A stretch of DNA of 64,000 nucleotides from Paragordius varius (GCA_964247055.1 OZ176054.1:9486001-9550000), one strand, 5' to 3'; positions 39,701 through 53,378 are shown, numbered from the stretch's first letter. The notes: generated from the letters alone by a model not told the origin. Numbers and translations: made by a program.

Positions 39701-41041
39701 GTATAGTTGTCAATATTCAGCTTTCCCTCAGATTTACATCTTGTTTCCTGGAGGCAACAGATGTCAATGTTTTTCTCTTTTATTTGGTCCATAGCTAAGT
39801 TTCATCTACCGACTAGTGTCGAGATATTCCAAGTGCCGATCTTAAGTGGTTTTACCATATTGTTGGCTGTTTTTTGATGTTTGTGGTTTTTTAGGAGCGC
39901 ATTAATATTTTTATCATGTAAATTAATATTTATAAAAATCAACTCTAAACGAAATATTTTTTTATAAACGAAATTTTTTTAAACATTACATTTGCATTTG
40001 CATATAGGTTTTAAATATTGAAAATTATAAAACAACTTTGCATAACTTGTTTTAATATATATCTTTTTACTAATTGATAGTTACCAATATTTTGGCTCAA
40101 AATATGGAGTATATCGTTCTTTTCCCATCCGACCACTTGAAGCCAAAATTAAGGGATCTACTCAGGAATACGATCCTCGTCTCCGCCCTTGGTATATAGC
40201 CGCTATCACAAAACCTAAAAATATCATTATAATATTTGATGCAAGTTCCACCATGGAAGCAAGGTATAAATTTTGATTTTTGCCCTTATTTATGGTGTTT
40301 TCAACAAATTTAACTTTACTGTATTTTTTCACACTTTATTTTGGGGTAGGAAAAATCATGTATTTTAAAACATTACATACGTATCAAGCGTTATAAAAAA
40401 AATTTCAATTTTTTAGGACTATCCTATTCAGATACATATCACTATCTCTTCCAAAAATTAATTTCTTTATGAATTTAGAACCACGATTGTATTACTTTTT
40501 AGGGCATTTTATTTTCAAAAAAATTATTTTACCATTATAAATTCTACATTTTAATTTTGTAGTATAAACCGTGCACGGAGTGTAACACTATCAATCCTAA
40601 ACACGCTGACGAATTTGGATTACCTCTCCATCATAATCTCCAGATCCCCCTACTATGATTTGAAAGGGAATGTTCATGAAACGCACCCATATGTTTTGGG
40701 TTGTGATAATCAAACAACTCTTTTACCAGCTAATCCCAGTTTTACTAGCAAACTTTATTTCTTGCTCGAAAAAATTAAACCGGATGGTGGTTCCAATCAT
40801 TCGTAAATTTTTTAATGCATTTTAATTAATTATATTTGTTTGAAGTTTTTAATTTTATATTATTCAAAAACCTTGTTTATCCTATAAATATGCATATGCA
40901 GGGCTGCTTTTTCTCTTGCCTTTACCATGTTGGAAAATGTGAACAATAGTTTATGCCATAATCTTATTTTATTTGTTACTGATGGAATAACATTAGATGG
41001 GTAAGCAAAATTTGATATTGTTAGTTATTTTATCCAACCTC

Positions 41042-41079
<38 letters not shown>

Positions 41080-44000
41080 GATTTTCGACTCTATACAAAA
41101 TAATTGAAAATTTTTTTACGTACCGATTATTGTATAAATACGTTTAATTAAGTCGCTTTCATACATTTTAGATCACAGCGTTGCAGTTTCGGGCAGTACT
41201 ATTATGAATATGACGGTTCTAAAAAATTTGTCCCTGGAAACATTTGTACTTTTGATCATAATGCCCTGTTAAAACTTGTGAAAACTCGTCAAAAACAATT
41301 AAAAAAGCGAAAAATTCCAGAAGTTTACTTTAATATGCGATTAACATTTTCCGCCTAAAAATATTTAACAATTTTTTACGTTTATTATACTATCGGGTAA
41401 TAAATGAATAAAAAAAGTATTGTTAATTCTTTCTGTTTACAACTACCTTAATTTGTTCACAAAACCATATATGTGTGATTTATGCACATTTAAATTATGA
41501 ATAAAATTTTCTTTAAATGTTTATTTTTACAAATACATGTAAACTAAATTAATTAATTTATAATATTTATATATAGTTTTAATTATAAGTCCTCTTTTCT
41601 AATATGTATATATATATATTTATTAGGCTTTTATATTTGCTTTTGCCACGTCTCAACACGACCACTCATACCTCAAGTCTCTGTGCTGTGAAAATCATGG
41701 AATAAGAATTCCCATATTTTCATCGATTCCAATATTCAAAGCATTAGCTCCATACTATAAATTTTTGCGCAATCTCTCCGAAATCTATATGAAAAATCAT
41801 GCTCAAGACATTGTTTGGATTGCTCCATACTTAGATGCCATCAATCATAATCTTGTGATCACTGCATCTAAAGCTGTATACAGTGGGAAGGGGGTGTAAG
41901 TTATTTTAAAAGCGTCATATATAAATAAATTTGGTTAGTTAAATTTTTTGTGGTATATTATTAGTGTTTTAATTAGTTAAAGCGAGATAAAATTCTATTT
42001 TAAGTTACTAACTTTGTTAAAATATTATTATACCATATATATCAGCAATAGAACTATAAATGGATACCAATTAACTGCTTTTTTATCAATAATATAAAGA
42101 AAATTTAGCTCATTATTCTCCATATAATCATATATTGATTAATTTGCCAGCGTTATTAGCGATTTTGCAAAAAAGAAACTATAAAACCGGAAAAATTAAC
42201 ACCAAAAAGATATTTAAGTTTTAGAGACAATTTTCTTTATACTATTTCCAAATCATTTATTTTTGATATTTAATTAATGCTTTTTTAGATTCTTGGGTGT
42301 AGCAGGCATCGACATTTCTTTGGATTCGCTGGAAAAAGCATTGGCCATGGAAATTTGGAATTCGGTTTCCTATTTTATAATTGACAAATATGGTCATGCA
42401 ATAATACATCCATTAATTAGACCAAGAGAAGAGGTTTATTTTCTAACATAATGTTTCATTAAATGTTAATTGTTTTTATGTTTGGTTAACCGGTTAAAAA
42501 ATAATCCATCGGACTTTTTATATGCGCAGTCATTTAAGGTTAATACTATTCTAGTACCACAAATTTAATAATATGCTGTCAAAGAATTAATTAAATTGGT
42601 TTTAGTGGTAGTAACTAATAATAATTGAAAAGTTGGTAAAATTTGAATTTTCACATTTTTTCCATGATTTTAGTTTTATACCATTATATATATTTTTTAA
42701 ACTCGTGATAAGTGGTTATTTTTTTAAATAGTCACTGGCACGCATAAAAATGCATTTATAACCGGTCAATCCAACCCTATATCCAATAAAATGAAACAAA
42801 GTTAATTTATGCTTGTTATATAGTTAATAGGGGATCCGATATTTATTCATATTACCTTATTGGAACAAAATGAGGGACAACCATCCCAATTCGATTCTGT
42901 TTTACGTAAAATGTTATCTCGTGAAATTGGAAACGTTACTATAAATGTAATACATATGAACTATTTTTTTCTCAAAAAAATTAAAGATTAATTCTAATTC
43001 TTTTTTTATATCATTTAAATCTGCCTTTATTTTTTAGAAAAATGCATATGTAGCCATGTATAATGGGGAATATCAAGAGGGTTTGATTTGGAAACCCATA
43101 TATAAAATGTCTTATGCATTTGGTCCCTTACAGGGTTCTGATTTTAGTTTTGCCTTTAAAATACCATTTGGAGATAACTTGTTTAATTTACCGCAAGCTC
43201 AAATGTCAAATAATTTACGACATCCCGTCTTTTTATCTGATCACGATGGATATTCCAAAATACTTGAGGTTAAGTCGGTTCCGAACAACTTTTTAGTCAG
43301 TATCAAAAGCTTTGTGGATTCGTTCACTTACATCTCGCCATTAAGTTTAATACCTACAATTACTATATATATAATCTTTAAAAACTTTTTTTGATTCAAC
43401 TTTACATGGGTGTTCCATCACATTTTTACTGTTATTAAAGATTGTTATTAAATATGGAATATTTTTATATACATGTAAATGGCAAAATATTGGTCAAAAT
43501 ATTTTAAATTAACAATGATAAGTTTTTTTAGTGTAAATATAATTGAAATTTCACATAAAACCGTAATTAAATTTTTAGAATTTGTTTCGCACAACTATTC
43601 AACTATTCATTTGTCATCTAAATCATTCTGCAAACCAGTCAATTATTTACACAATAATAAACCGTCACTTGAAACATTACATTTCATTTTGAATAGTGAA
43701 GCGCCTCTTGTAACGTGTCAAGAAGATGGTATTTTGAAACCCTATATAAAGTATTAAAATTATAGAACTTAGATTTAAATAAAATATAATTAAAAAATAA
43801 AAACCTATCAATGAAACATATAATGAATGTTTTGTTTTAATCGTCATTATTCTTGCAAATTTCATTTTAAATATATTATCATGAAACGCATGAAATATGG
43901 TAACATTATGTTTTATTTTATAGCAAAACGGTAGAAATATGCTTTGTTAACTTTACAAATTACTTTGCTTCTTAATAACAACCAAATTTTATACGGTTTA

Positions 44001-47000
44001 TTGTGTAAAATAATAGGTGCGGTGCATATAAATTAAGACTTATCTTTTCTTGAAATTATACAATATATTTTTTACCATTATTGATAAATAAAGATCGGAT
44101 GTAATTTTAACTTCCGGAATGGAACCTATATGGATCGCAAGACCAAAGAGTATCCAGAAAAATGTCATATCATCATTCATTAGTACATTCAATGGTGTAA
44201 CGCGCTTGTTTCCTGCTTTGCAAATACCACGAAGAATGCAACCCATAAGGCAAATATTAATTTCTTTAATTTTTTAACATAAATCCAAACTCCATATTCC
44301 AAGTTTTTTTTTAAATCTTACTTACATAACTATATTTAAAAAAAACTAATAATATTGTTTTCCCTATACCTAAAAATAAACTAAAGGGTATAATTGGTTT
44401 AGAAATCAAAAAATATATAGTTTAATCCTTAGATGCCAATTGAATAATATTTAAAACGATTTTTTATTACCAATAACACCTAATACTCTTTGAATTAATA
44501 AAAAATATTTTTATTTATCTTATGTTAGACAAGCTTGGTTTAACAAAGCACTTTTGAATGTTGGAAAGAATGTTATAACTCCTATCTTTCGACCATACTT
44601 TACACATACGCCGGATAGAGTTTTAACGTTTTCACGAGCAATTACTGCCAAAAAACCTGTGTGTTTGTCAGGTTAATTTGCAATAAACTTTTACACAAAT
44701 CAAAAAAAATTTAAAGTGAGAAAAATAAAAAATACTACCTAATCAATATAAAGTTCAAAAATTAAACAGTTGAGGTTTTAAGAATTTAAAAATAATTGTT
44801 ACGGATATTTGGCACATTTAAAGTTTTATGGATTGTTTCTAATCTAATTTGTAACAAACAGTCCTTAAATTTTGGTGTAATCACTTACAGCCGCAAAATA
44901 TAATCTAACATAGATACGAATAAAACTTAACTAAGTATAAAATATATATTTAAAATCACACTTGATATTCGAAAAATACATATTTTGCATAAAAATGAAA
45001 AAATAGCTATTTATTTACTTAAATTCATTTACTATGAAATATCATTGCAAACCAATTTTAATGATAAAAAAAGATATTTAAAATATCTATCATTCAAACG
45101 TGTCATTTACTCTTACATATATGTGCTTCAAAAGTTTTTCTTATTTAATTGACAATATATCAAACAATATTTTCATGATTTATACAAAAAGCATTAATTA
45201 CTGTTTACATCACTATAATGCCTACTTTGAATGTTTTAAAATTAACTTTTGAGTGGAATAATTGATATGATATCTATTGTAACTTTTGTTTAATAGTTCC
45301 TGGGAATGAGGGATGTTCTTGCACTAAAAACTCTGACTGTTCCTCCAATTATTGTTATATGCAGTCGTGTTCTAATTCCATGTCCCTTGCTGTCATTGGC
45401 ATGAATTATAGGTATGAGGCACTTAAAGAAGATATGTATAAAGCCATCAATAAAAACTTGGGAAATAATCAAGCTTGTGGTGCCATATATCCTTGCCCTA
45501 TAGATCCTACTGTTGGATGTACCATAAAGTTAACTTTATTTCATAACATTTTTACCAAAAAAAAACGTTAGGAGTTTGCTGTTTTTTTTTAAAATATTGC
45601 GTTAAACCGTTTGTAATTAAATTCTTATTATTTATATTTATTGGATAAATTAGATAACCAAACATAACGTCAAATAGCATTTAATATTATCAATATTTTA
45701 TAAATACTTTTAAAAATTCATATTTGATGTTGTAATAATTGATTTGTATAATATTTACCATTAAATATGCTCAAACTTAATCCGTGTAAAGTTTTAGCCA
45801 AAAATTATGCGATTTTAACTTAAAAATGGCATTATGTTTATTAATTTTATGTAAATATTATGGTTTTTTAGCTGTATAATTATCAACAATGCCACTCAAA
45901 TTATTATTCACCCTAATTTTTCGTCTCATTCTTTGCCCTACAACCATCCGCCTGATGAAAGTGAAAAAATATGGTTAAAAGTAATATACAGTACATTCAT
46001 TATAAATTTTTTGTGTCTAGAATCGTAAAAAATTTTTATTATAATATGTTTTGTTAATTATAGTCATTATTTAATATGTCTTATATATCAAGCGTAAAAT
46101 TTTTCCTTATTTTTTTTATATCTTTAAGTCTCAAAAAGAAGGCAACAATGAAATTAATTATGTACAGTACAATGGAGATGGCAATAAAGATTTAGTGGAG
46201 GACGAGGAGGAAGATTTAACCGAAAATTATTTGTTAGAAAAAAATGAACCTTTTGTTTTTTGGCATCTTGTACAAAAACAAATTATTTATTCTTTTGTGA
46301 CAACCGATTTTCAAGCCGTGTGTACACAAAGACATAACTATCCTGTAATTTTTTATCTTTCTTATTTTTTTATAGCAACAAAATTTTAAATTCCTGAACA
46401 TAGCTCGAAACGCAACAAATGATAGAGAGATATATATATCGTAAATTAATCCATAGAATCCCAATAATTGGGCCCAACTAATAATACCTATTTCAATTAT
46501 TTTATCAGCAGTTTTAACCATCTTTCCTAAAATTATATTCTAAAATTATTGTTTATATTTGTATTGGTTTTTAATAGCATTTCAATTATCCCGATTCTCA
46601 AACTAATCAACCCATGAATGTTTCAACAATGGGCGTGAGGAAATTTAATTGTATAAAAGAAATTAAATTGTATGCCGTAAACCATACTCATTTACAAACC
46701 CATTCCTATGGAGTGTATAATCATTATGTTAATCATACACGTTGTCTTTTCAGGTAGGCACCTATCTACCTTTTTTTACTGTTTAGTTTTAAAATTAGAT
46801 TTACTAATAAATTTGTATAGAGTTTTGAATAAAAGATTAGTTAATTATTAATATAATGGAATTAAAGTATTTAATCTACAGATTATTTTTTGCTCACATT
46901 CCAAATTCTAACTTGTATATGGTATTAATGGAAGATGTTCCGCTAATGAATGATTGCAATTTACATACCAAGTAACTATTTTTCTAAAAAAAATTATTTA

Positions 47001-47362
47001 TTACATTAATAAAACTTATTTTGATAAATTTTAAATTTAACTGATTTGTTATATATTTTAATTATGTATTATTGTAATAGACGGTATTTATAACATTTTA
47101 GTTTAAGAAACTTTTTATTATTTTATAACAATTTTATTATTTTTTTAGTTTGAATGTGAGCCAATTAGTAAAGAAAAAAGAATTTTCCCTATGCAAAGAT
47201 TACACGTACGCCACTCTAGCCAAAAGGGATGTGACGAAAAAACATCATAAATGTTTATCAATTAACGATGATTACAATAAGGATATTTGTTCAGGATCTC
47301 AATCAAGGATATCTATTAAACCTATATTTGTCTTACTTAATTTAATATTTTTAATGACGTAG
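33765..47362 (+). CDS. VWA- and Cache-domain protein of the calcium-channel alpha2delta (CACNA2D)/CACHD1 family, secreted and probably GPI-anchored
   Basis: Signal peptide MITLVFFSIFNLVNG; VKIP..ILNTIWWTANLDKVF; YQYFGSKYGVYRSFP..YDPRLRPWYIAA..KNIIIIFDASSTM (VWA); LFVTDG; VWIAPYLDA..LVITAS; FLGVAGIDI..YFIIDKYGHAIIHP (Cache); a second Cache domain (FISTFNGVTRLFP..RQAWF); C-terminal CSGS followed by a hydrophobic tail and stop at 47362. Exons start at 33765, 34004, 34205, 40081, 40563 and continue to about 47149. Confidence 0.88.
34505..35055. mobile_element. Second TTAA|CACTTCAT-starting repeat family; related pieces at about 28780-29030, 32530-32900, 50050-50760, 55245-55850 and 62340-63010
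   Basis: Copies at 34505 and 55245 both follow TTAA. Shared blocks such as TTTGCCTGTTGCATTAGCGA and GTATTTAAGGTATTA(G/A)GCCG occur in subsets of the copies, in either orientation. Confidence 0.6.
35060..39900 (-). mobile_element. Degenerate RTE-like LINE with a PHD-like insert, antisense in intron 3 of the alpha2delta gene and interrupted by a hAT
   Basis: From ATG 39858: KIGTWNISTL..ICCLQETR (APE); SSFRPLKLLEHPLKIFE, IDLQRAFD, LHQGSILSPLLF, ELIYAD, LRYFGHIKR, RRGR. Many stops and frameshifts. Confidence 0.88.
35832..37694 (-). mobile_element. hAT (Buster/SPIN/Charlie-like) internally deleted DNA transposon
   Basis: Termini CAGTGGTACTCA..TGAGTATCACTG with perfect 8-bp TSD ATCTAAAT (35824-35831 and 37695-37702). 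Subterminal GCGGCCCGCGGGCCGCATGCGGCCC. Transposase remnants MTSNAKKRK, TCLICK, KLVLCTD, TAVRWLS..VLNRF. Confidence 0.92.
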
Positions 47363-47575
47363 AATTTTTAACAGCCATGACCTTATTTTTTACAATTATA
47401 ATTTTATTTAAATGAAATGAAAAAATGACACAGTGACAAAGTAATACGGGTGTTAAATAGCAAATTTTTATTATTATTTCATGTATAATCAAATCATGTA
47501 ATATTGCAACCAATTGTTTAAATACTATGCATCCATTTAGTCAAAAACTATTCAATAAATATATCCTAAATGCTA

Positions 47576-49618
47576 TTATACATCGTAAATAGGTTTCATT
47601 ACTATCATCATTTTGATTTTTTGGTTGTTAGAATCCAGATTCCAATCCTTATAAAAATCACATAATTCAAAACTTTCACTTTCACTAAAATTATGCGTAT
47701 ATTTGTATTGTTTGTAATAGTATCCATCCTTCTTTTTCAAACCGATAAGGAAAGCGATTTGAACGTTCTTTTGGATTGGGCTTAAGTTTTGATTGGCATA
47801 CGTAGCACTTGAGGTGGTATTATTCCACGCATAAGCTAATAAAACAAATCAATCAACGGATAAGTTGTTTTTTCAGTTTGGCAAAAATTAAATATTTATT
47901 TTTAGAGTCTAAATTTTATATTACGCATTTTTACCATTAGCCAGTTATCATGATGACTAACAACTCCTATCATTGAGATACATATAATATACTAATACGT
48001 TCATTTTAGGATATAAACGTATCCCTTATTTTTTTATTCCATTAAATTGAGCCTAGTATAAAAGTTTAACTTAGTATCGATTCGAAACGATATTATGCTT
48101 ATTATTTTATTTAAATAAAATAATAATTGACTAGTTATTTTAAAAGAAATATTAGAAACAAACATTCTTATAAATTGGTTGATCGTCTTTATATTTTACA
48201 ATGAAAAAATATTTTTATCATTAAAAATGCATATTATACGGCAAAATCCATAATTTTATAAAATAACATATAATAATATCTAACATATATTCAAAGATCA
48301 AATATCGTTTTTCAAAAGTCTTAATTATAAGTCATGTCAACCATGATTTTCAATATCATTATATAAAAAATTTAGCACAAATTATCTTTTGATAAATGTT
48401 ATTGTTACCTTGTTTGTTATAGACGTCCGAAACGGCTATACGTAATTTGTTGTTTGCGCAATTATTAGGATTGTAATAAAGTTTAAAGTTCCAGCTCCAA
48501 GCGGCCTGATCCAAAAATGAAGATGATTTTGACGTTGCAAACGTTAATGGGCCATAATGATCCCCATCTTGTTTGAGTTCGAGGTGAAAACAAAAATTTT
48601 TATTCGTGTACGTTCTCATTTTATACTTCATATCATTGTACGTAAACGATGTTGTAGGGATATCGGTTGATATAATTTCGCTCGATGAATATGAATCTGT
48701 AGATTCTGTATCGTTTATACTGTTTATGCTTGTGGCAACATTTAACGTCAAGGTATTGTTGTTATTTGCGTTATTTGTTGTATTATTATTAGTGCTAGAC
48801 AAAATTATACTACCGCTTTGGGGTAAGAAATTGATTCTGCTTTCAACTGGTAGCGATTGAAATCTATAAGCATCAAGTAACTCTGGGATAAATAGCTTTT
48901 TAAATCTTTGCATTAATTCCGAGTGTTGTTCATGTTGACTCAAGGTAATTGGCCATATTTGTGGAAGCCTAAGGTAGGATATTATGCTTTTTAATAAAAA
49001 CCCAATGTTCTCAACCTCTTTGTTTGAAAGCCATTTCTCTACCGCCTCTAGAACTTCTAATTCTTCCCTGACTACTAAATCAGAAGATTGTAAGATTGTT
49101 ATCAAATTATTGCTGTCCAAATCCATCCAATACTGACTGTTACTCACTATGTTAAAATTGTTTAATATAAAATTCAAACATTTCTTTTCAAACTCCGTAT
49201 TTTCATTGACCTGAGCCCAAATAAGCCAATTCAAACTTTGATTTGTTCTACTATTGGTAGCTATGTGATCTGACATATATTGCATAGCACATGCTCTTAA
49301 ACACGCTATATTGTATTTATCCGACAATGTATAAATACCAGCCACATTATTCATGGTCAAATTAACTTGTCCACTGTAAATGTATAGCAAGAAGTCATGG
49401 AAATTCTCTAGTGCATCCAAATTTTCTTGCAAATCCAATATTTTTACGTCTCTGTCGTTCCATTTTTCTGACAGCATGGCTTTGAACACTTCACTCCTTG
49501 AGGCTAAAACTAAGCGATGAGCATGAAAATTCATGCGAGAATTCACACATATTATGATGTCGCTTAGTTCGGGGTTGTTGAAAAGCATCGCAAAACTCGC
49601 ATCCTTATTGTTATTAAT
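47576..49618 (-). CDS. BTB/POZ-BACK domain protein (BTBD17-like); exons 49618-48409 and 47835-47576
   Basis: LFNNPELSDIIICV..FHAHRLVLASRSEVFKAML (BTB), followed by BACK-like CLNFILNNFNIV..WMDLD..LQSSDLVVREELEVLEAVEKWL. The phase-1 donor at 48408 joins the phase-1 acceptor at 47836 and gives a C-terminus ending IKMMIVMKPIYDV*. The start is either ATG 49588 or an upstream exon. Confidence 0.85.
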
Positions 49619-50301
49619 CTAATTTGATGTATAGACAGAATATCCAATTTTATTTGATATAAATTAATTACATTTTTTACTGCCTATTTGCACGTTTTAA
49701 TTTATTTATTAGATATATTTTAGGTTTGGTGAACCCGGAAGGGATGTAAAATTTGATGGAATAGGTATTATTGTTCCATAATCAAACTGCTTCTATTATA
49801 TGCAAAAAAGGGATGACCGGTTCTGATAATTTGGGTTTATCATTTAATTCGAATTTGGAAAAAAATATTATACCTATCAGAATCACGTGCAACAAAAATT
49901 TTTCTATGTTTTTTTTTGCATTTCATTACCTTTTCACGTTTTTTCCTTGTTTACATATTGGAGGAGTTTTATTTCCAAGAATTTTGTAATTAAACTGCAA
50001 TTATGAAAGTTATTCTAGTTAACATTTAATTAAAAAATATTGCCCTCATGTGTTAAAAAAACCTAATATTTTTTACAGTTTTGTGACTTTTAGAGTCTAA
50101 AATTGGGACAGCTCCAAAACACGATTGGAACGAACAGCTGATATTAAAATTAAAATATATCATTTGCCTGTATATAGCCTGAAAGCTTTTTAAATTCAAT
50201 TTTTTACATTTTCTAACCATAATCTACATTTATTTGCCTGTTGCATTAGCGATTAAAAAAATAATAAAAAAATATGTCGGCAAGTTTAAGATGGTGATTA
50301 T

Positions 50302-50567
50302 CAGATGCTTAGTTTGAGAGAGGAAAGTGGGGCTCAAGCACCGGTCTCACAGTTGAAGGGGCGCCGGATTTTAAAAATTTTGAATTTTATTTCAAAAAAA
50401 TAGTTTAGTTATTATTTTAAATAGTACATTAAAAAATCACCCATTTATGAGGGTTCATGATCAAGGTTTGAATTTGATTATTTTTTAAAATGCAAGGGTT
50501 GCATGGGGAGAGGGGGTGCCATCACGGATTCGTGCACCGGGGACCAGAAATGCAAGCTACGCTTTTG
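50302..50567. mobile_element. GC-rich hAT-like MITE nested in another repeat
   Basis: Degenerate CAGTGGCGTAGC-type ends (..GCAAGCTACGCTTTTG) with approximate TSD GTGATTAT/AGGATTAT. Confidence 0.5.
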
Positions 50568-51219
50568 AGGATTATTTTACAATTTTGCATTTTTTAAAAA
50601 ATATTTTTAGAATGCGCCTAAAAGGCTTAATAAACCATATTTTTTAATACGGCTTAATACCTTAAATACTTTTAAGTTATTCAAATTTTAAAATGCTCTT
50701 GTAAAACTACCCCAAAAGGTAATAAAGTGTTAATATCGAGTCAGATCTAAGAAAAGAGGAAAAAATGGATACAAAATCATGTTTGCTACTTGCTAATCTA
50801 AATTCTATATTGACATTTATTATTTGTAAAGGACTTAAAATTGTAATTAATTTAGTTCGAAATTGATTTTGGATTTGGCTAATTTTCAAAATTTGTTTAA
50901 ATATAATCCTTTGCTTCTAATCAATATGTATTTAAACTTTATTCAATGTCCGATTCCATTTAAAACAAAATCAAACAATTCGTTATATATGACAAAATAA
51001 ATTATTTAAAAGATTATAAATTTTGATACCTGTCCTTTTAAAAATGTTATTAAATTCCATAAATATTGTTAATTCATATCAAATTGATTAAAATTTTATC
51101 ATAATAAGAGATGTACTTAAAAAATAACGTCATTTTCGATATGCATACTAAAACTAATATAGACGATTATAAGCATTTATTTATAAAGGTTAAATCTATT
51201 TTGTATAATTTATTAGATA

Positions 51220-53378
51220 CTAGCTGACCCTGTCACTTTGCTGTGACGTAGTCTCACCGATAATTATTCTTAAATTTGCAATAAATAGAGGTAATGGAAA
51301 TAAAATTAAATAAAAAAATTTTTAATTATTCTTTTACGGGTTTTTGCATAGGCTCAAATATTGTTTACTCGAAATTGACCATATTTAAACTGTCCCTTAT
51401 TAAAGTTAATAAACTATCATTGGATTTATTTTAAGATTTTTGTTTAACGAAATTATGGTTAAAAGTATTATTTTGAAATAATGTTTAAACAGCTGGGACC
51501 AAGGGATATAAAAAGTAAATTATTTGGTCCCTTTTTAAAGGAAAAAATGGTATTACATAAATTCCCCAGAAATGCGTTTAACTGAACTCGTATGGTTTGG
51601 GTTTTTTGAAAATTAGCTCCAAAACCACGCCATTTTTGCAGGGCGTCTCAGTTTTAGACCGGTAAACCACCACCCATAGAGCTATATGGAAAAAGCGCTG
51701 AGTTAAATACCAGGGCAAATATTTGGAATCATCTTTGATACCATGGTCTCATGGGTTATTCGAAAAAATACTTCAACATTAAATAATTATATGATGGCGT
51801 ATTTTTAGAGCATAAAGACCCCAACGGCTAATAAAAAAACGCCTGACCTTTTTATTTAGTTACGGGTAATATTTCAAGCTTTTAATGAGATCATATGGCT
51901 TCATAAATTTTCTGTAAATTAGCTCCAAAACAACGCAATTTCTATAGAGTGGCGCATTCGGCGGGTAGTTTCTAACCCAGGGGCAGGTGTAAAAAAGCGC
52001 TGGGCAAAATTTTTGCCTTTATATGGGGAATATCTGGAATTATCATGGATTCCATATGTTTCTATTAAACTCATAGGTTTTCTGAAATTCTCCAAAGGCA
52101 TGCTGTATCGATATGGGGATGCAGTTTTACGCGGGTGGCCCCCTAACCAGGGGCGAAACCAAAGAACGCTCGATTAAAATTATTGCCTTAATTCGGATAA
52201 TACCTGGAATCATGATTGATTCCATATGCTCTAGTGGGATTATCGAAAATTGCCTCGAAACCAAAAAACTATTCTATGGTGGCGCATTTTTTTGGTCAAG
52301 GGCCTAATTAAGGAGTAATTTAATAAAACCGCTCTACCTAAATTTTTGCCTTTTTACGTATAATATTTCAAGCCCTTATTGAACTCATATGGCCTGAGTT
52401 TTTTAAAATTTGCCTCTAAAGTCACGCTGTAATGATATGGTGGCGCAGTTGTTGGCGGGTGGGGCCCCCTACCTAGAGGCCAATATAGAAAAGACGTTTG
52501 ATAAAAAAATTTGCTTTATAGGGGAATACCTGGAATCATCATTCAGTCCATAGTTAATAGTTTTTGGAAGTATGGCTTCAAAACTAAATAATAGTTCAAT
52601 GATAGCGCATTTTTTAGGGCGTAAAGGGCCTAATTAGCCGGTAATTCAAAAAACCGGTTGACTTGTATTTTTGCCTTTTACGGGTAATATTTCAGGCCCT
52701 TAAACTTATATGGCCTGATAAGTTTTCTGAAAATTAACTCCTAAACAACGCAATTTTGATATGGTGGCGCAATTTTAGGCGGGTATACCCAGATGCTGAT
52801 ACAAAAAAAGCGCTTGATTAAAATTTTTGCCTATTTACGGAGAATACCTGGAATTATGATTGATTCCATAGGCTCTCATTAGTTTTTGGAAAAATTGTCT
52901 CAAAATTAAACATTCCTTCTATGGTGGCGCATTTTTCAGGGCGTGAAGGGCCTATTAACAGCTAAAAAACCGTACGACTTTTTGCCTAACGGGGAATACC
53001 TGGAATCCTTTTAAATTTTAACGATCTCATACCTTGGTCGAAAAATAGATTAAAAAAATATTTTTTTTGGTTTTTTTGCAAAAAAGGGCATTTTATGGGG
53101 GGAGCGGGCAAAAGAAGGGCCTAAATTAAAAAAGCGAGCCGACTATGTTCGGCGCAATCGAAAAAAGTAAATAAAAATGATATAAAATCGAATGCAACAT
53201 TTTTTCCGGAAAATCGTCTCAAAGACACGATTTCTGTGTTTTCAAAAAAACCGTTTTTTACACGGAGGGAACTGGGGGCCTAAATCAAAAAAAGGGCGAT
53301 GCTAGGCATTCATAAATGATAATATTTTTCCGGTTTTCCGGGAACAGATCACAAAGTCACAACTTAAAAATATATAGA
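51220..53378 (-). mobile_element. Complete non-autonomous Helitron with internal tandem repeats
   Basis: Minus strand reads A|TCTATATAT.. at the 5' end and GTCACAGCAAAGTGAC hairpin + 8 nt + CTAG|T at the 3' end, i.e. an insertion between A and T without a TSD. Confidence 0.85.

Noticed and set aside
49690-50000. Exon-like fragments upstream of the BTB exon on both strands
   Set aside because: No phase-consistent, stop-free model or recognisable homology could be built.
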